Of a stretch of 64,000 bases of DNA, positions 1 to 13,921 are shown one piece after another. The notes below the pieces were generated by a model, which was given only the letters and a program-made list of their open reading frames with translations, was not told the DNA's origin and ran no database searches. The DNA comes from the human T2T-CHM13v2.0 reference genome, Homo sapiens. The stretch is taken from NCBI RefSeq assembly GCF_009914755.1, contig NC_060928.1; one strand, written 5' to 3'. The stretch's first letter is position 1, and each line of letters starts with the position of its first letter. Position numbers and translations under genes: made by a program.

Positions 1-1301
1 CATAACGGATCAATAACCTTCATTTTGTGTTCTTCTTAATTACTGCATTGGGGTTTCTGCAGAGATATTCTGAACCAGATCTTGTGTATTAATCTTTGCA
101 CATAGTCCTTGTTCCTCACAATGGAGCAATCAGCCCTTGATTAATGTTAGCATTAAACTAACTGCTATCTAATCAGTTGACAAAATGCCGGTTTTGACTC
201 TGGTTTTCTGTGGTCTGTTTGTTTCTGATGTTTCTGATTGGTGTTTGCTATGGGGAAGAATAAAGAAATACGACATACATTATTCATTGAAGTGAATAGA
301 AGGGTTTTTTTTGATATTCCCTCAGGCTTTGACAGAATGACAGAGCAGTAACTCAAGGCCTAAATGTAAACCATCACCCTCCCTGCCCTGCTATTTTTTG
401 AAGAATAGCGAATTTAAACCAATCATCCAATAAGTAAAATGTCCCTCTAGAATCCCACATCATAAAAAATGATACCAACAGCTGCCAAATTGCCCATGAA
501 AAAAAAAGAAGACTGTTAGTGAATGTTTGTTCTTTGCCTTGTATTCCTTCCAGATTCTTTCAGATCCTTACATTGTCCTTTCTCCCCCTATTTAAAAATA
601 ATACTTAACCATCTTTTTCTTCATCTATTTCCTGCTTTTGTAGTCATCCATCCCTACTTCTGTCCTATCTCCATCCATCAGTCTGCCACATTGGAGCAGA
701 ATGAGCTTCCAAATACACAGCTTCAGATCACCTGCCACATGGTCAAAATTCTCCAGTGGCTCTCTAGAGTCCCCACTAGCTTTTCAGAGCCCTAGGGTTG
801 AATGAGGGTGTCTCAGAGGTCCAGAAGTTCCTGAGTGGAAAGACTTCTGCCCTGTTTAAAATGAGCATTAATATTTGTATCTGCCTGTTGTGTAGAAATT
901 CTGAATAATACATTATTAGATAAGTAAAACAAAAGGTTATACAACTAAAAAGGCTTGAAAACTATTGGTCTATAGGAGAAAATCTGCACTCCATCCTATG
1001 ACATACATATCCCATACAGTGACCTAGGAGGTTATTAGTGAAGAGTCCCCCATCTTCCTGTCAATCCATGTTGTGCTGCCTATGCCAGCTCACCCTTTAA
1101 AAATTTAAAATTGATCTGATTTACTTGCATCTTTCTGAACAATCTGTACCGTCTCATGCTATCTCCTTGCCTTGGCACATTTTCTTTCCTCAGCCTGGAA
1201 TCTCCTGGCTCTCTCTGATTTGCCTGGAAACTCTAATTTAGTCTTCAAGTCTCAGCTCAAGAGCTACTTTCTGTAAAGGCTTTGTAACCCATCATCTGGA
1301 C

Positions 1302-1516
1302 TAGCACTGTACAAAAGAACTTTGTGCAGTGATGGAAATGTTCTGTGTTGTCCAATCCAGTAGCCACAAACCATATGTGATTATGAAACCCTTGAAATGT
1401 GGTTACTGCAACTGAGGAGATGAATTCTAACATTTATTTATAAAATACTTTCAATTTTTTCAAATTGAAATGTAAATAACCACACAAGAGTAGTGGCTAC
1501 TGCATTGGAAGAGTAG
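1302..1516 (+). mobile_element. MER3 (hAT-Charlie non-autonomous DNA transposon)
   Basis: Follows the MER3 consensus (TAGCACTGTACAAAAGAACTTT..GATGGAAATGTTC..TAGCCAC..CTTGAAATGTGG..GTGGCTAC..TTGGA). Degenerate 8-bp NTCTAGAN-type target duplications ATCTGGAC / CTCTAGAT. Confidence 0.85.
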
Positions 1517-1559
1517 CTCTAGATAGACCTACTTTGAAACTATTTTTATTACAATACTT

Positions 1560-1722
1560 TGAAAAAGTTGCATCATAATTATTTATTTACATAGACATTG
1601 ATTATGGTAGTCTATGAGCATCTGTGGGACAGGACTGTGTCTTTGCCTGTGTGAATACTTTGCTGCCAGCACTGTGTCAGGGTCATAGTAGGGATTCTTT
1701 GAATGCTGAATAAGTGGATGAA
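1560..1722 (+). mobile_element. L2 3' end relic (further L2 pieces at about 640-1290)
   Basis: GAGCATCTGTGGGACAGGACTGTGTC...AGCACTGTGTCAGGGTCATAGTAGG...TGCTGAATAAGTGGATGAA resembles the L2 terminus. Confidence 0.6.
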
Positions 1723-3203
1723 AGTAAATAGCATAATCAAGTGGGAAGTTGAGATATATAACAGGAAAATTCTGAGGGCATTGCCATCAGACACTTATCA
1801 TTTTGAGTCTAGGATCTTTCACTTAGTGGATTAGCAACGTAGGCAAGTTGCTTCTCTTTTTTTAGTCTAACTTTTCCACCTACTTAAAGAGCACAACGCA
1901 TGATGTTCCCTATTAGGTTTCTTCCCTATTTAAAGGAGCTATGGTATATGAAGCATATACGAGTCAATTAGCTAAAACTAGTTCTCCCTTCAAGGTTACC
2001 CACTGTACATTTTCTACTTGTATCTTTTGTTCTGAAGTATGTTTATGTTACCTGAAATTCAAAAATGTAATAATAGAAATGTTTGAAAAATTTGCACCAA
2101 GAATAAAACAGATTGCAATAAGTATAAACAGTCAAAAATACTTTTAAAAAGATTACAGCTGGTCGGTATCAGACCCAAGTAAGCACAGCTATGTCCCCAA
2201 CTTCAGTGAAACCAAATCCACCTCTACATGGGTAAGAGCATTAGCAGAGGCATGCCAAATGGCGGGTGGTGAGCTCTACCAGCATGACTAATGGTAGAGA
2301 AAAAGAGAAAGGCAGAGGGAAAGAATCTGTTGGTAGAAACACACTGATTTGTTATTCACTGGGAAAAAATGCAGTGTCAAGAAGTACAGGTTCTTGCTTG
2401 ACATCAGCGCTCTGAATCAATTGGAAGAGTTTTATTCGCGTGAGCTGTAGCCAGAAACAATTGTCCACCTTTGTCATCACTTTGTGTGTCTAAGCACAAA
2501 GGGAAGCAAAGGCTGCAATCAGCAGCAGAGAGGGAGGGAGGCTGCAATTACCAAAAAGTATTAGAGTCATTGGCATATACGTGGAGAGACAGCAATCTTG
2601 AAAGCACTGCAATGATTTACATAAGTACAATCACGTGAATGACTCCATCCCCAAATCAAAAGTGCCGGCTCATCACAGTACAGTCTAGGGGCAAACTAGT
2701 GAGCATTGCATTTCTGCTGCTCCAAATCAGACTGCTATTTAAAATTAATCTTATCAAGGCATTTTAATAGTAAAACAACTTTGGTCACTTTTTGATCTTG
2801 GAGACTGATAGACTCAACTATGAAATATGCAAAACTGAAAAACTGCAGTTAGATTTTTCAACAGGGTTTTCTTTCTTTTCATGACAATTCTCTTTTATTT
2901 TTTATCTTTTCTCCTGTGAGTCAATGCTCATCACAAGAGCCCTTCAGTCTAGTTTCTACTTCCTTACTGTTTTTTTATTTCCTTATATGCAATTTGAGGT
3001 GCTTTTTGTTATGGCTTATTTGCTTTGTTTTGTTTTGCTTTTTGGCTGTGCATGCAACTAAGACCAGAGAGTTAATAGTGTCATACTCATGGAAACTGAA
3101 GTCAGTTAAACCTAGGAGTTGACAGAAGCATCAATATTTTTTATATAAGAATCTCTGCTGAGCACTGAGGAACATATTCTATGAATAAGATGCTCTTTAC
3201 ATC

Positions 3204-3830
3204 TGCAGTAGGTGGTCATAGGAACTTCCACCAGGAATCCATGCTCTACTTCCTAGAAGTGATGACTGTGAATGTGAAATACCACACCCATGATGGTGTT
3301 GTATGACACAGTTGACATTATAAAATAGATAATATCTTAGTGGGCCTGATCTGGACCTGATCCAATCACATGAGACCTAAAAAGCAAAGAATTTTCTCTG
3401 ACTGGTGAAGAAAAAGAAGACAAAAATGGGAGCCAGAGAGTTTCAAAGCACAAGAAGGAGCAGATGCACTATTGTTTGCTTTGAAGCTGGAGGAAGCCAT
3501 GTGAGAAGTAGAGTGGACAGCTTCTAGGAGCCAAGGCTGACCTCTACTGACAGCCGTGGGGAAACAGGGAAATCAGTCCTACAACCAAAAGGAACTAGAT
3601 TATGCCAACAACTTACATGAGTTGGAAGTGGATTCTCCCCAAAGCCTCTAGTGAAGAGCTAGGCTGGCTGACATCTTGATTTCAGTCTTTGGAGACCCTA
3701 AGCAAAAAGGCTAGTTAAGCTCACCTAAATATCTGACATACAGAGCTGTGAAAGAATATTAAATAGTGTTATTTGTATTAAGCCAATAAGATTGTGGCAA
3801 TTCTTTACACAGCAATGGATAACTAATACC
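3204..3830 (+). mobile_element. MaLR solo LTR, MLT1E-like
   Basis: MLT1 hallmarks: GTGGGCCTGAT..AATCACATGAG, GCTTTGAAG..GGAAGCCATGTG, CAGTCCTACAACC..GGAACTAGATT.TGCCAACAAC, ending CAGCAATGGATAACTAATAC. Confidence 0.8.
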
Positions 3831-4084
3831 GCATTCTTCAAGAGTATAAAATTACTAGAGAAGAAAATGAAAATATCTGAGTAATAATTATAATGTAGTG
3901 TAATATGTGTTGGAATCAGGGAAAAGTGAAATGTGCCGTAGTGGGAGAGAATAGAATGTGACTCACTTTGTCAGCAGTACCTACGTGACATATGACTTGG
4001 GATGTGATGAATGCAAAGAATTTGGGCAGGGAAAGACAGAACAGAAGTGCTATTCAAGCAGAGGGCACATCTGCAAATATCCAG

Positions 4085-4450
4085 TGTCACATATTTGTTC
4101 CCGAGGAAGCTGACTTTGAGATGGAGATTAAGAGAGCAGAAGTTTTATCCAGGAGTTCCCTTGGGATCCACACCTGTGGAGGGAGGTAGAGAAGTAGGAA
4201 TATGCAGAGGGAGAAAGTGAGCAGCAATGCAGCCCAATAAAAGTCTTTAGCCAACATTAAAGGGAGCTCTGGAGCTGAAAAGGCCCATTAGAATTGTTGA
4301 CCAGCAGAGAATGCAGGCTGTCAGTGGAAGGAGGTGTCACCTTGGGTAAGGCAGTTTTCTGCAGCTGAGACTATTCTCAAGAAGAGTGACAGCTAATGGC
4401 TTCCTCCACAAATCCACATTTCTAAAGTGGGGCCTGAGATGTATATACAG
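4085..4450 (-). mobile_element. ERVL solo LTR, LTR16 family
   Basis: CTTGGGATCCACACCTGTGGAGGG...GCAGAGGGAGAAAG...GGGAGCTCTGGAGCTG...CACCTTGGGTAAGGCAG matches antisense LTR16. Confidence 0.65.
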
Positions 4451-4671
4451 GAACACGGAGAAGTCTGTCGTTTTCAAAGGCAGATGAGAAATTAGGCCTA
4501 GACAAACAACAGGATATGCAGAAAAATAGGAAAGGTTAGTAAGAAATCAGTGTAAAGAGATATGTGTTTTGGCTCACGTAGGGTTCTGTGAGTTAGGCTA
4601 AACAGACAGATGTGTATCCTGTTGGGGTGGGGTCCCAGGAGAAGGTTTTAGGCAGAAGAGTGATTTGGATT

Positions 4672-4672
<1 letters not shown>

Positions 4673-4704
<32 letters not shown>

Positions 4705-4748
4705 GATATATATAGATAGATATATCTATATCTATCTATATATATATC
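4673..4748. repeat. Compound (TAGA)8 / TA-rich microsatellite at the L1 tail
   Basis: TAGA x8 (4673-4704), then a TA/TAGA/TCTA mosaic. Confidence 0.95.
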
Positions 4749-7230
<2,482 letters not shown>

Positions 7231-8103
7231 AGTTAAATATTCTTGTGTCTATGGAGAAATAGTAAGCATCTGATTTAAGAAATGAACCAAGGAGTACACA
7301 GGAGTCAACATGGTTGGGTTTGAGATGTGAGAGAGAAGCTGGATTGGATACTCTTTATATTTTTATCTGTTACATTGGTAATGGGTTCCTATACTATATA
7401 TTATTATTGGAGCCACTGGGTGTACACTGATGCCATTCACTAAGCCAACAAATAGAGGTAGAGTAGATTTAAAGGTAAATGTAATTGCTTTGTTGAACAT
7501 GTTTTTGAGGAATGGGTAAAGTTAAAATAATCTGTAGGTAGTAGGGAATACAGGAATGAATCAATGAAGGCAGAACCACACTAGATACAGAAATTTGGAA
7601 GTCATTGAGAGAACATGATATTTACTAAAGCCTTGAGAGTGTTGACAATTTCCCAGATAGAGCTCATTGAGCAAGAAGAGAAAGTGATCAAGACAGAATC
7701 TCAAAGAAACAATATCCAAGAGGTAGGTCAAAAGCAGGAGGAAAGTGAAGAATCTTGAACAATCTTGAGGCATAGAAAGAGAAAAAAGGACCCATGGTAT
7801 CCTAGAAATTAAAAGGAAGATGATAATAAAGAGTGAATGGTAAGAAGTGCTAATGTTGGGCATTGGACCTATTAATGGCAAGAAAAACCAGACACATCCA
7901 CTGCCCTCATGGAGTTTATAATCTAGTAGAGAGCTACACATAAATAGAATATTTGCAAACACACATATGAAATTACTACTATGGTAAATGCCATGAATTT
8001 ACAGTGCAGGCTGCTATAAGAGGCTGTAATGAGGAAGTCTGACTTCATTTGAAATATCAGTGCAAACCTCTCCAAGGAAGTACTGTTTGAACTGAAATCT
8101 AAC
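7231..8103 (-). mobile_element. L2 relic(s)
   Basis: AAATTTGGAAGTCATTG, CTGCCCTCATGGAGTTTATAATCTAGT and TTTGAACTGAAATCT are antisense L2 motifs. Confidence 0.6.
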
Positions 8104-8505
8104 AGGATGAATTTGTCACCCACCCAGATTTGTATCTTGAGTCCTAGCCTGTAGTACTACAGAATGTGACTGTATTTGGAGATCGTGCCTCTAAAGAGGT
8201 AATTAAGTTAAAATGAGGTCATTAGCATGCTCCCTAATCTAATATGGCTGATTTCCTTGTGAGAAGATCAGATTAGGACATGGATATACACAGATGGAAG
8301 ACATTATAAAGACACAGAGATAATACATCTATCTAGAAGCCAAGGAGAAGGGCCTCAGAAGAAAGCAAACCTGCCTACACCTTGACCTCAGACTTCTAGC
8401 CTCCAGAAAACAAGTTATGTTGTTAAAGGCACCATCTTTGTTAGGGCCAAGTTATGTTGTTAAAGCCACTTATCTTTGTTATGGCAGCTGTACCAAACAA
8501 ATACA
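8104..8505 (+). mobile_element. MaLR solo LTR, MLT1A/MLT1A0
   Basis: AGAATGTGACTGTATTTGGAGAT..AAAGAGGTAATTAAGTTAAAATGAGGTCATTAG..AAGCCAAGGAGAAGGGCCTCAGAAGAAA..ends AAACAAATACA. Confidence 0.85.
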
Positions 8506-9640
8506 GGTAGGAATCCACCTACCAGTGTGGAAGGATGAAGCCAATGGGTATTTGATAGCTCCATGAATAGGACTTGATGATGAACTGGATATTGGGAAAC
8601 CAAGCTTGTTGTGTACGATAATATAGATCATGAATACACTTTACAGTGAGTGAAGGGGGAATTGGAAAGTTGAAGTGTGAATGAGAGGACTAAAGGCTAA
8701 GACAAAAAGTGTGGCAAGCAGATTCAAGTGGTCGCTTCCACATGTTCCGCACCTTCTAGGTCCAGGCATTGGAGATGCATTCTATTTATACAATGGACAA
8801 AGATCTGCTCTCATGTAACTTAAAGATAGTTCAGGAAGCAGGGCATTATACAAGTAATTAAACTCATCATTATTTACTATTGTGTTAAATCTTTTAAAGA
8901 ATAAATATGAACTTTATGAAAGTATATATTCAGGTAGAAAGTAGATTGGGCTATTTGGGAAGTTATTGCTAAGGAAGATATTTAAAGTGGGATAAATTTG
9001 ATAGTTGGGATAAAAATGCCATAGGAAGGGGAGGAAAAAAAATTCAGGATAGTAGGAACACTCATAAGCAAAGTTAGGGTGTAGAGAGGCAGAGGCGTTT
9101 GTAAACACAAATGTACTATGTCCAATGTCCCTGTGGTAAGGAAGGTCACCAAAGCAGGCAGCAATGTCACTGACATTTGTCTCCATGGAGCTCAGCAGAA
9201 ACAAGGCCTGCTCTGCTTTTCTGAACAGCATGTAGGCACCTTGCCATGCAGCTTGTCAGGGGACAGTCACACAGTCCTGCTGAGCTGTGCCTTCCAGGGG
9301 CCTGGCTTCCTGTGGAGCTTCAGTGATGGTACAGACAGTGGGATGCTCAGGCGGTTGGGAAAGCTGAGGCTCTCAGGGTTAGAGGGGCCATCTGGCAGGA
9401 ATGTAGGATCACAGACGGGAAGTCTTAAAGTGACAGTGTTCATGTTTTCCACATGCATTTAATGAAAACTTGTTAGGTTACAAGCACTGTACTAGGTATG
9501 AGAAATCAGAGGGTCCCCAAGAGACACAAGTTGTTTGCTCTCTTTAGTAGGTTGTATTGTGTCCCTTCCCCCAAAAGATATGTCTAAGTCCTAACCCCTG
9601 GTACCTGTAAATGTGAACTTACTTAGAAATAGTGTTTTGG

Positions 9641-9920
9641 CATGTTCTCACTCATAGGTGGGAATTGAACAATGAGAACACTTGGACACAGCAAGGGGAA
9701 CATCACACACCGGGGCCTGTTGTGGGGTGGGGGAGGGGGGAGGGATAGCATTAGGAGATATACCTAATGTAAATGACGAGTTAATGGGTGTAGCACACCA
9801 ACATGGCACATGTATACATATGTAACAAACCTGCACGTTGTGCACATGTACCCTAGAACTTAAAGTATAATAAATAAAATAAAATAAATAAAATAATAAA
9901 AAAATAAAATTAAAAAAAAA
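9641..9920 (+). mobile_element. L1PA 3' end (about 280 bp, severely 5'-truncated)
   Basis: CATGTTCTCACTCATAGGTGGGAATTGAACAATGAG...CCCTAGAACTTAAAGTATAATAAA plus A-rich tail. Perfect 16-bp TSD AGAAATAGTGTTTTGG at 9625-9640 and 9921-9936. Confidence 0.97.
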
Positions 9921-9936
9921 AGAAATAGTGTTTTGG

Positions 9937-10351
<415 letters not shown>

Positions 10352-10789
10352 TTACAAAAGAAAGGAGAGGGGATTTGAGACATAGACATACAGACACAGA
10401 GGAGAAGTTCAGGTGAGGGAGGTGGAGGTTGTAGTGATGCATTGACAAGCCAGAGAATGCCAAGATTGCCCACAGCCACCAGAAGCTAGGAGTGAGGCAT
10501 CGAACAGATTCTCCCTTGGAGCTTCCAGAAGAAACCAACCCTAATGACACCTTGATTTCAAACTTCTGGCGTCCAGAACTGTGAGACAAAACATTTCCAC
10601 TGTTTTAAGCCCCCAAGTTTGTGATAGTTTGCTACAGCAGTCTAGGAAATGAAAAATGAGGTTAATGTCAATTTTTTTTCTTTTTTTTTTTTTGTGAGGG
10701 GTGTGGAGTTAGAGAGCTAAGAAAGGCTTGATACAGCTTTCATGACTTCCATGGGGAAAGACAGTAACTAGGCAGAGGAAGAAAGGAAT

Positions 10790-10975
10790 GAACATTCTTT
10801 GGTGAACCTACTGTATGCCAGGTATTGTGCTGGGTATTTTAGGTGCAATAAGCTGCTTAACTCTTACAACACTAGGAAGTTTGTATTGTCATTCATGGTC
10901 TTCATATAAAACATTTCAGTCTCAAAGAGGTTAGGTGATTTGTCCCAAGTCGCCCAGACGAAGCCAGCAAGCTCA
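10790..10975 (-). mobile_element. MIR
   Basis: CCTACTGTATGCCAGGTATTGTGCT...CTCAAAGAGGTTAGGTGATTTGTCCCAAGTC is the antisense MIR core. Confidence 0.7.
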
Positions 10976-11812
10976 GGCCATCAGGACCTCAGAGTTTGCA
11001 TCCTTCTCTAGAAACATGCTGCGTTTTCCTCCCTGCCAAGGAGAAGGCCTTGACTCAATGGACTCCAAATAAGATCCTGTGTGTATGCCTCAGTTTCTTC
11101 ATCAGGTAACTGAAGAGACTAGATAGCCAAAGATTCCTTTCCCATCTAAAACAAACGGTCTGCTTGAGTCCATGGAGCCCCAGAGCTTTCTTACTTAAAC
11201 ATTTCCTGCTCTGATCCATGTTCTTCATCCAGTATGCAAAATGAAACATGTTCATTCCGTCTCTTGGTCTTGGGGTTGTAATTCTTATCTTTATTGCTAC
11301 CTCTGCAAGGAGGAGTAAATCATTATTTGTGTATTTTGTTGCCCCCCCCTTTTTTTTTTTTGCTCTCTCTTTCAAAGTTAATCAGGTTACTTCCATGTAA
11401 TTTTTTACAAAGTAAATTTCCAACTACCTTTAACCACAAATTAGTCATCACATTGTGCTTTTCAGGGTTATATTAAGTCATTCGTCATAGATGCTGCCGA
11501 TAATAGTTGGCTTAGGCTAAATGTTTCCTTGTTCAGAGTATTTATCACATCCTGTACCTGCCATGCCTGTGAAAATAAAAGGCAGGGAGGGTGTGAACTG
11601 GCTCACAGAGGGCATAAGAAAATGAGTATGAAGGAGCTAGGTAAACTGCAGAGGCCCCTGCAGTGGGGAGGTGGTTATTATTGGCATTAAGTCATCCTTT
11701 GGCAGGTTTTATTGCTGCAAGATGAAAGGGACAAAGAGGAAGTGTCTACAGGCTCACAAATACGCAGGGGCTGTGTAGGGAGAAGGTGGGCTTCCATGTC
11801 TGGGAAGCAATG

Positions 11813-11966
11813 CTTTCTAGCTGTGAACTTGGCAAATCACTTACCATCTCCCATCTCAGACTCCTCACAGGCAAAGTGTGAAATGGAAATTCCACCCCAT
11901 GGGGCTATTGTGAGATTTGAATGAAATTGTGTCTATGAAACCCTAGCCTGGCCCAGAGCATTCAAT
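11813..11966 (+). mobile_element. MIR
   Basis: CTAGCTGTGAACTTGGCAAATCACTTA...GGGCTATTGTGAGATTTGAATGA. Confidence 0.7.
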
Positions 11967-12399
11967 TGAGTTTGAGATCCTGTCATTCAAGGCAATTGGC
12001 TGGAAAGAAATCTCCACAGGATTCATTGGCACTGATCACATAATTCCTCATGTCCCATCATGGATCTTGGATAGGTCTGCAAGCTAGGGCCTCCTATCTG
12101 CCACATTGTGAGGTACTCCCTCACAATGGTACACAAGGGAGTACCATTTCGAAGGTACTCCCTTGGATGTGGAGTCTTCCACTGTGCTGTCATGGTCTCT
12201 CAACCTGGTCATGGCTAGTCTGGTTTGCTTCAGCAAGTAACTTTTGGCACAAGGTGTATATTCATGCTGTCTTAGCATGCGGTATTCACTGAAACACTAG
12301 CTCTGACTTAATGATTGATCTTTATTAACCGACCTTCAATGGAACATGTCAACAGTTTCCATCACATTGGAAATAGGATCCCAGTAAATCACCAGCCTC

Positions 12400-12812
12400 T
12401 TTCCATGGTCCACATCACTGATGACTCTGCCTCTGACTTCTCTTGCTCCCTTCCTTCTGCTTCACCAGCTCTAGCAACACCGGTCCTCCTGCTGTTTCTT
12501 GGTCCCCACTCCCACCGCAGCCCATGCACACACACTCCTCTCCCCATGTGAAACTCTGTCTGTGCACCTGCATAGTCCATGCTTTCACCAGCTTCACCTA
12601 TTTGCTCCAATGTCAACCCCAGAAGAAAGACTTCCCTGATCATCCTGCTTAAAGTCACACAATCCCCTCCATAGCTATTCATCCTCTCACCTTTGTAAAT
12701 TTGTTTTCACTGCCTTTTTTTGTTGTATTACATTAACTATGTATTTTGCCTGTATTCTGTACTTGACATATATTATGCATATTATAAATATTTGTTGAGT
12801 GAAAGAATGCAT
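12400..12812 (+). mobile_element. L2 3' region relic
   Basis: Pyrimidine-rich L2 motifs, CTTCCCTGATCATCCTG, ending ATAAATATTTGTTGAGTGAAAGAATG. Confidence 0.6.
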
Positions 12813-13431
12813 AAACATACTGACTTTTATGAATAACTATGCCATGGTACTTGAATTAAAGGAGTCAGAGGCAAACATTTACTTAGCTAGGGGATGGTTC
12901 CTTCAATAATTTTTTTTTCTTTGAATAGTAGCCCCATCACTCTCAATTAGGTGGAGGTTATTATTCCCATTTTACAGGTAAGAGGGAAGAAAGTGGTTCA
13001 GAGATTAGGATATTCACAGAAAAGAATGGTACACAAAGCTGCTCAGTTTCTCTGGTGAACAGTAACTGTGCATTAAGGATTTGCTGATGAATGAACACTT
13101 AATTGTTTACATAATTGAGGCTAAAAAACTATGCTAATTCCAATGATTGTTGTGTTTACTGCTGTTGTTTTTATTATCATCATTATCATATTATTAATAT
13201 TATTAACATCATCATCGTTATTACCCCTTTAGCTCTTTCATTCTCAGTTTGGCAAATAAATTTGGATGTGTTCATTTCAAGGCCACCTGACTCTCCATAA
13301 GAAACCATATCACCCAGATCCATTTAATAAAGTGCAGTGATCATGCCCCCCTTCAGCTTCCTTGTGGTCACCTGATTCTGTACTCTTTCTAGAATAAAGT
13401 AAAGATGGAAGGGGAACAGAACCTATTTGAT

Positions 13432-13469
13432 GGCCGCCTCTAGTGGAGAGGGCCGCCTCTAGTGGAGAG
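13432..13469. repeat. Perfect 19-bp tandem duplication
   Basis: GGCCGCCTCTAGTGGAGAG x2 (13432-13450, 13451-13469). Confidence 0.97.
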
Positions 13470-13506
13470 TTCACAAGTCGCAAAGTGAAAAGATCACTAG
13501 GAAAAC

Positions 13507-13921
13507 TGTATTAGGCCATTCTCACAATGCTATAAAGGAATACTTGAGGCTTGGTCATTCATAAAGCAAAGAGGTTTGATGGGCTTATGGTTCTGCAGGC
13601 TGTACAAGCATGGCACCAGCATCTCCTCGGCTTCTGGGGAGTCCTCAGGGAGCTTTTCCTACTCATGGCTGAAGGTTGAAGAGGGAGGAGGCACATCACA
13701 TGTTGAAAGCAGGAGAAAGAGAGAGAGTGGGGAGGGAGGGGAGGTGCCACACGCTTAAACAACCAGGTCTCACAAGAACTCACTCACTATCAAAAGGACA
13801 CCACCAAGCCATGGGGGATCTGTCCCCATGATCCAAACGCCTCCCACCAGGCCCCACTTCCAAAACTGGGGATTACAATTCAACATGAGATTTGGCAGGG
13901 ACATATATTCAAACTATATCA
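13507..13921 (-). mobile_element. MaLR solo LTR, MSTB-like
   Basis: TGTATTAGGCCATTCTC..GGTTCTGCAGGCTGTACAAGCATGGCACCAGCATCT..CCTCCCACCAGGCCCCAC..CAAACTATATCA, with TG..CA ends. Confidence 0.9.

Noticed and set aside
775-975. Possible old hAT MITE ending AAAAGGCTTGAAAACTATTGGTCTA
   Set aside because: Too diverged to assign a family or boundaries by eye.
9118-9462. 114-aa ORF in a GC-richer patch
   Set aside because: No recognisable domain, no clear splice or promoter context, and overlapping ORFs on both strands indicate chance openness.
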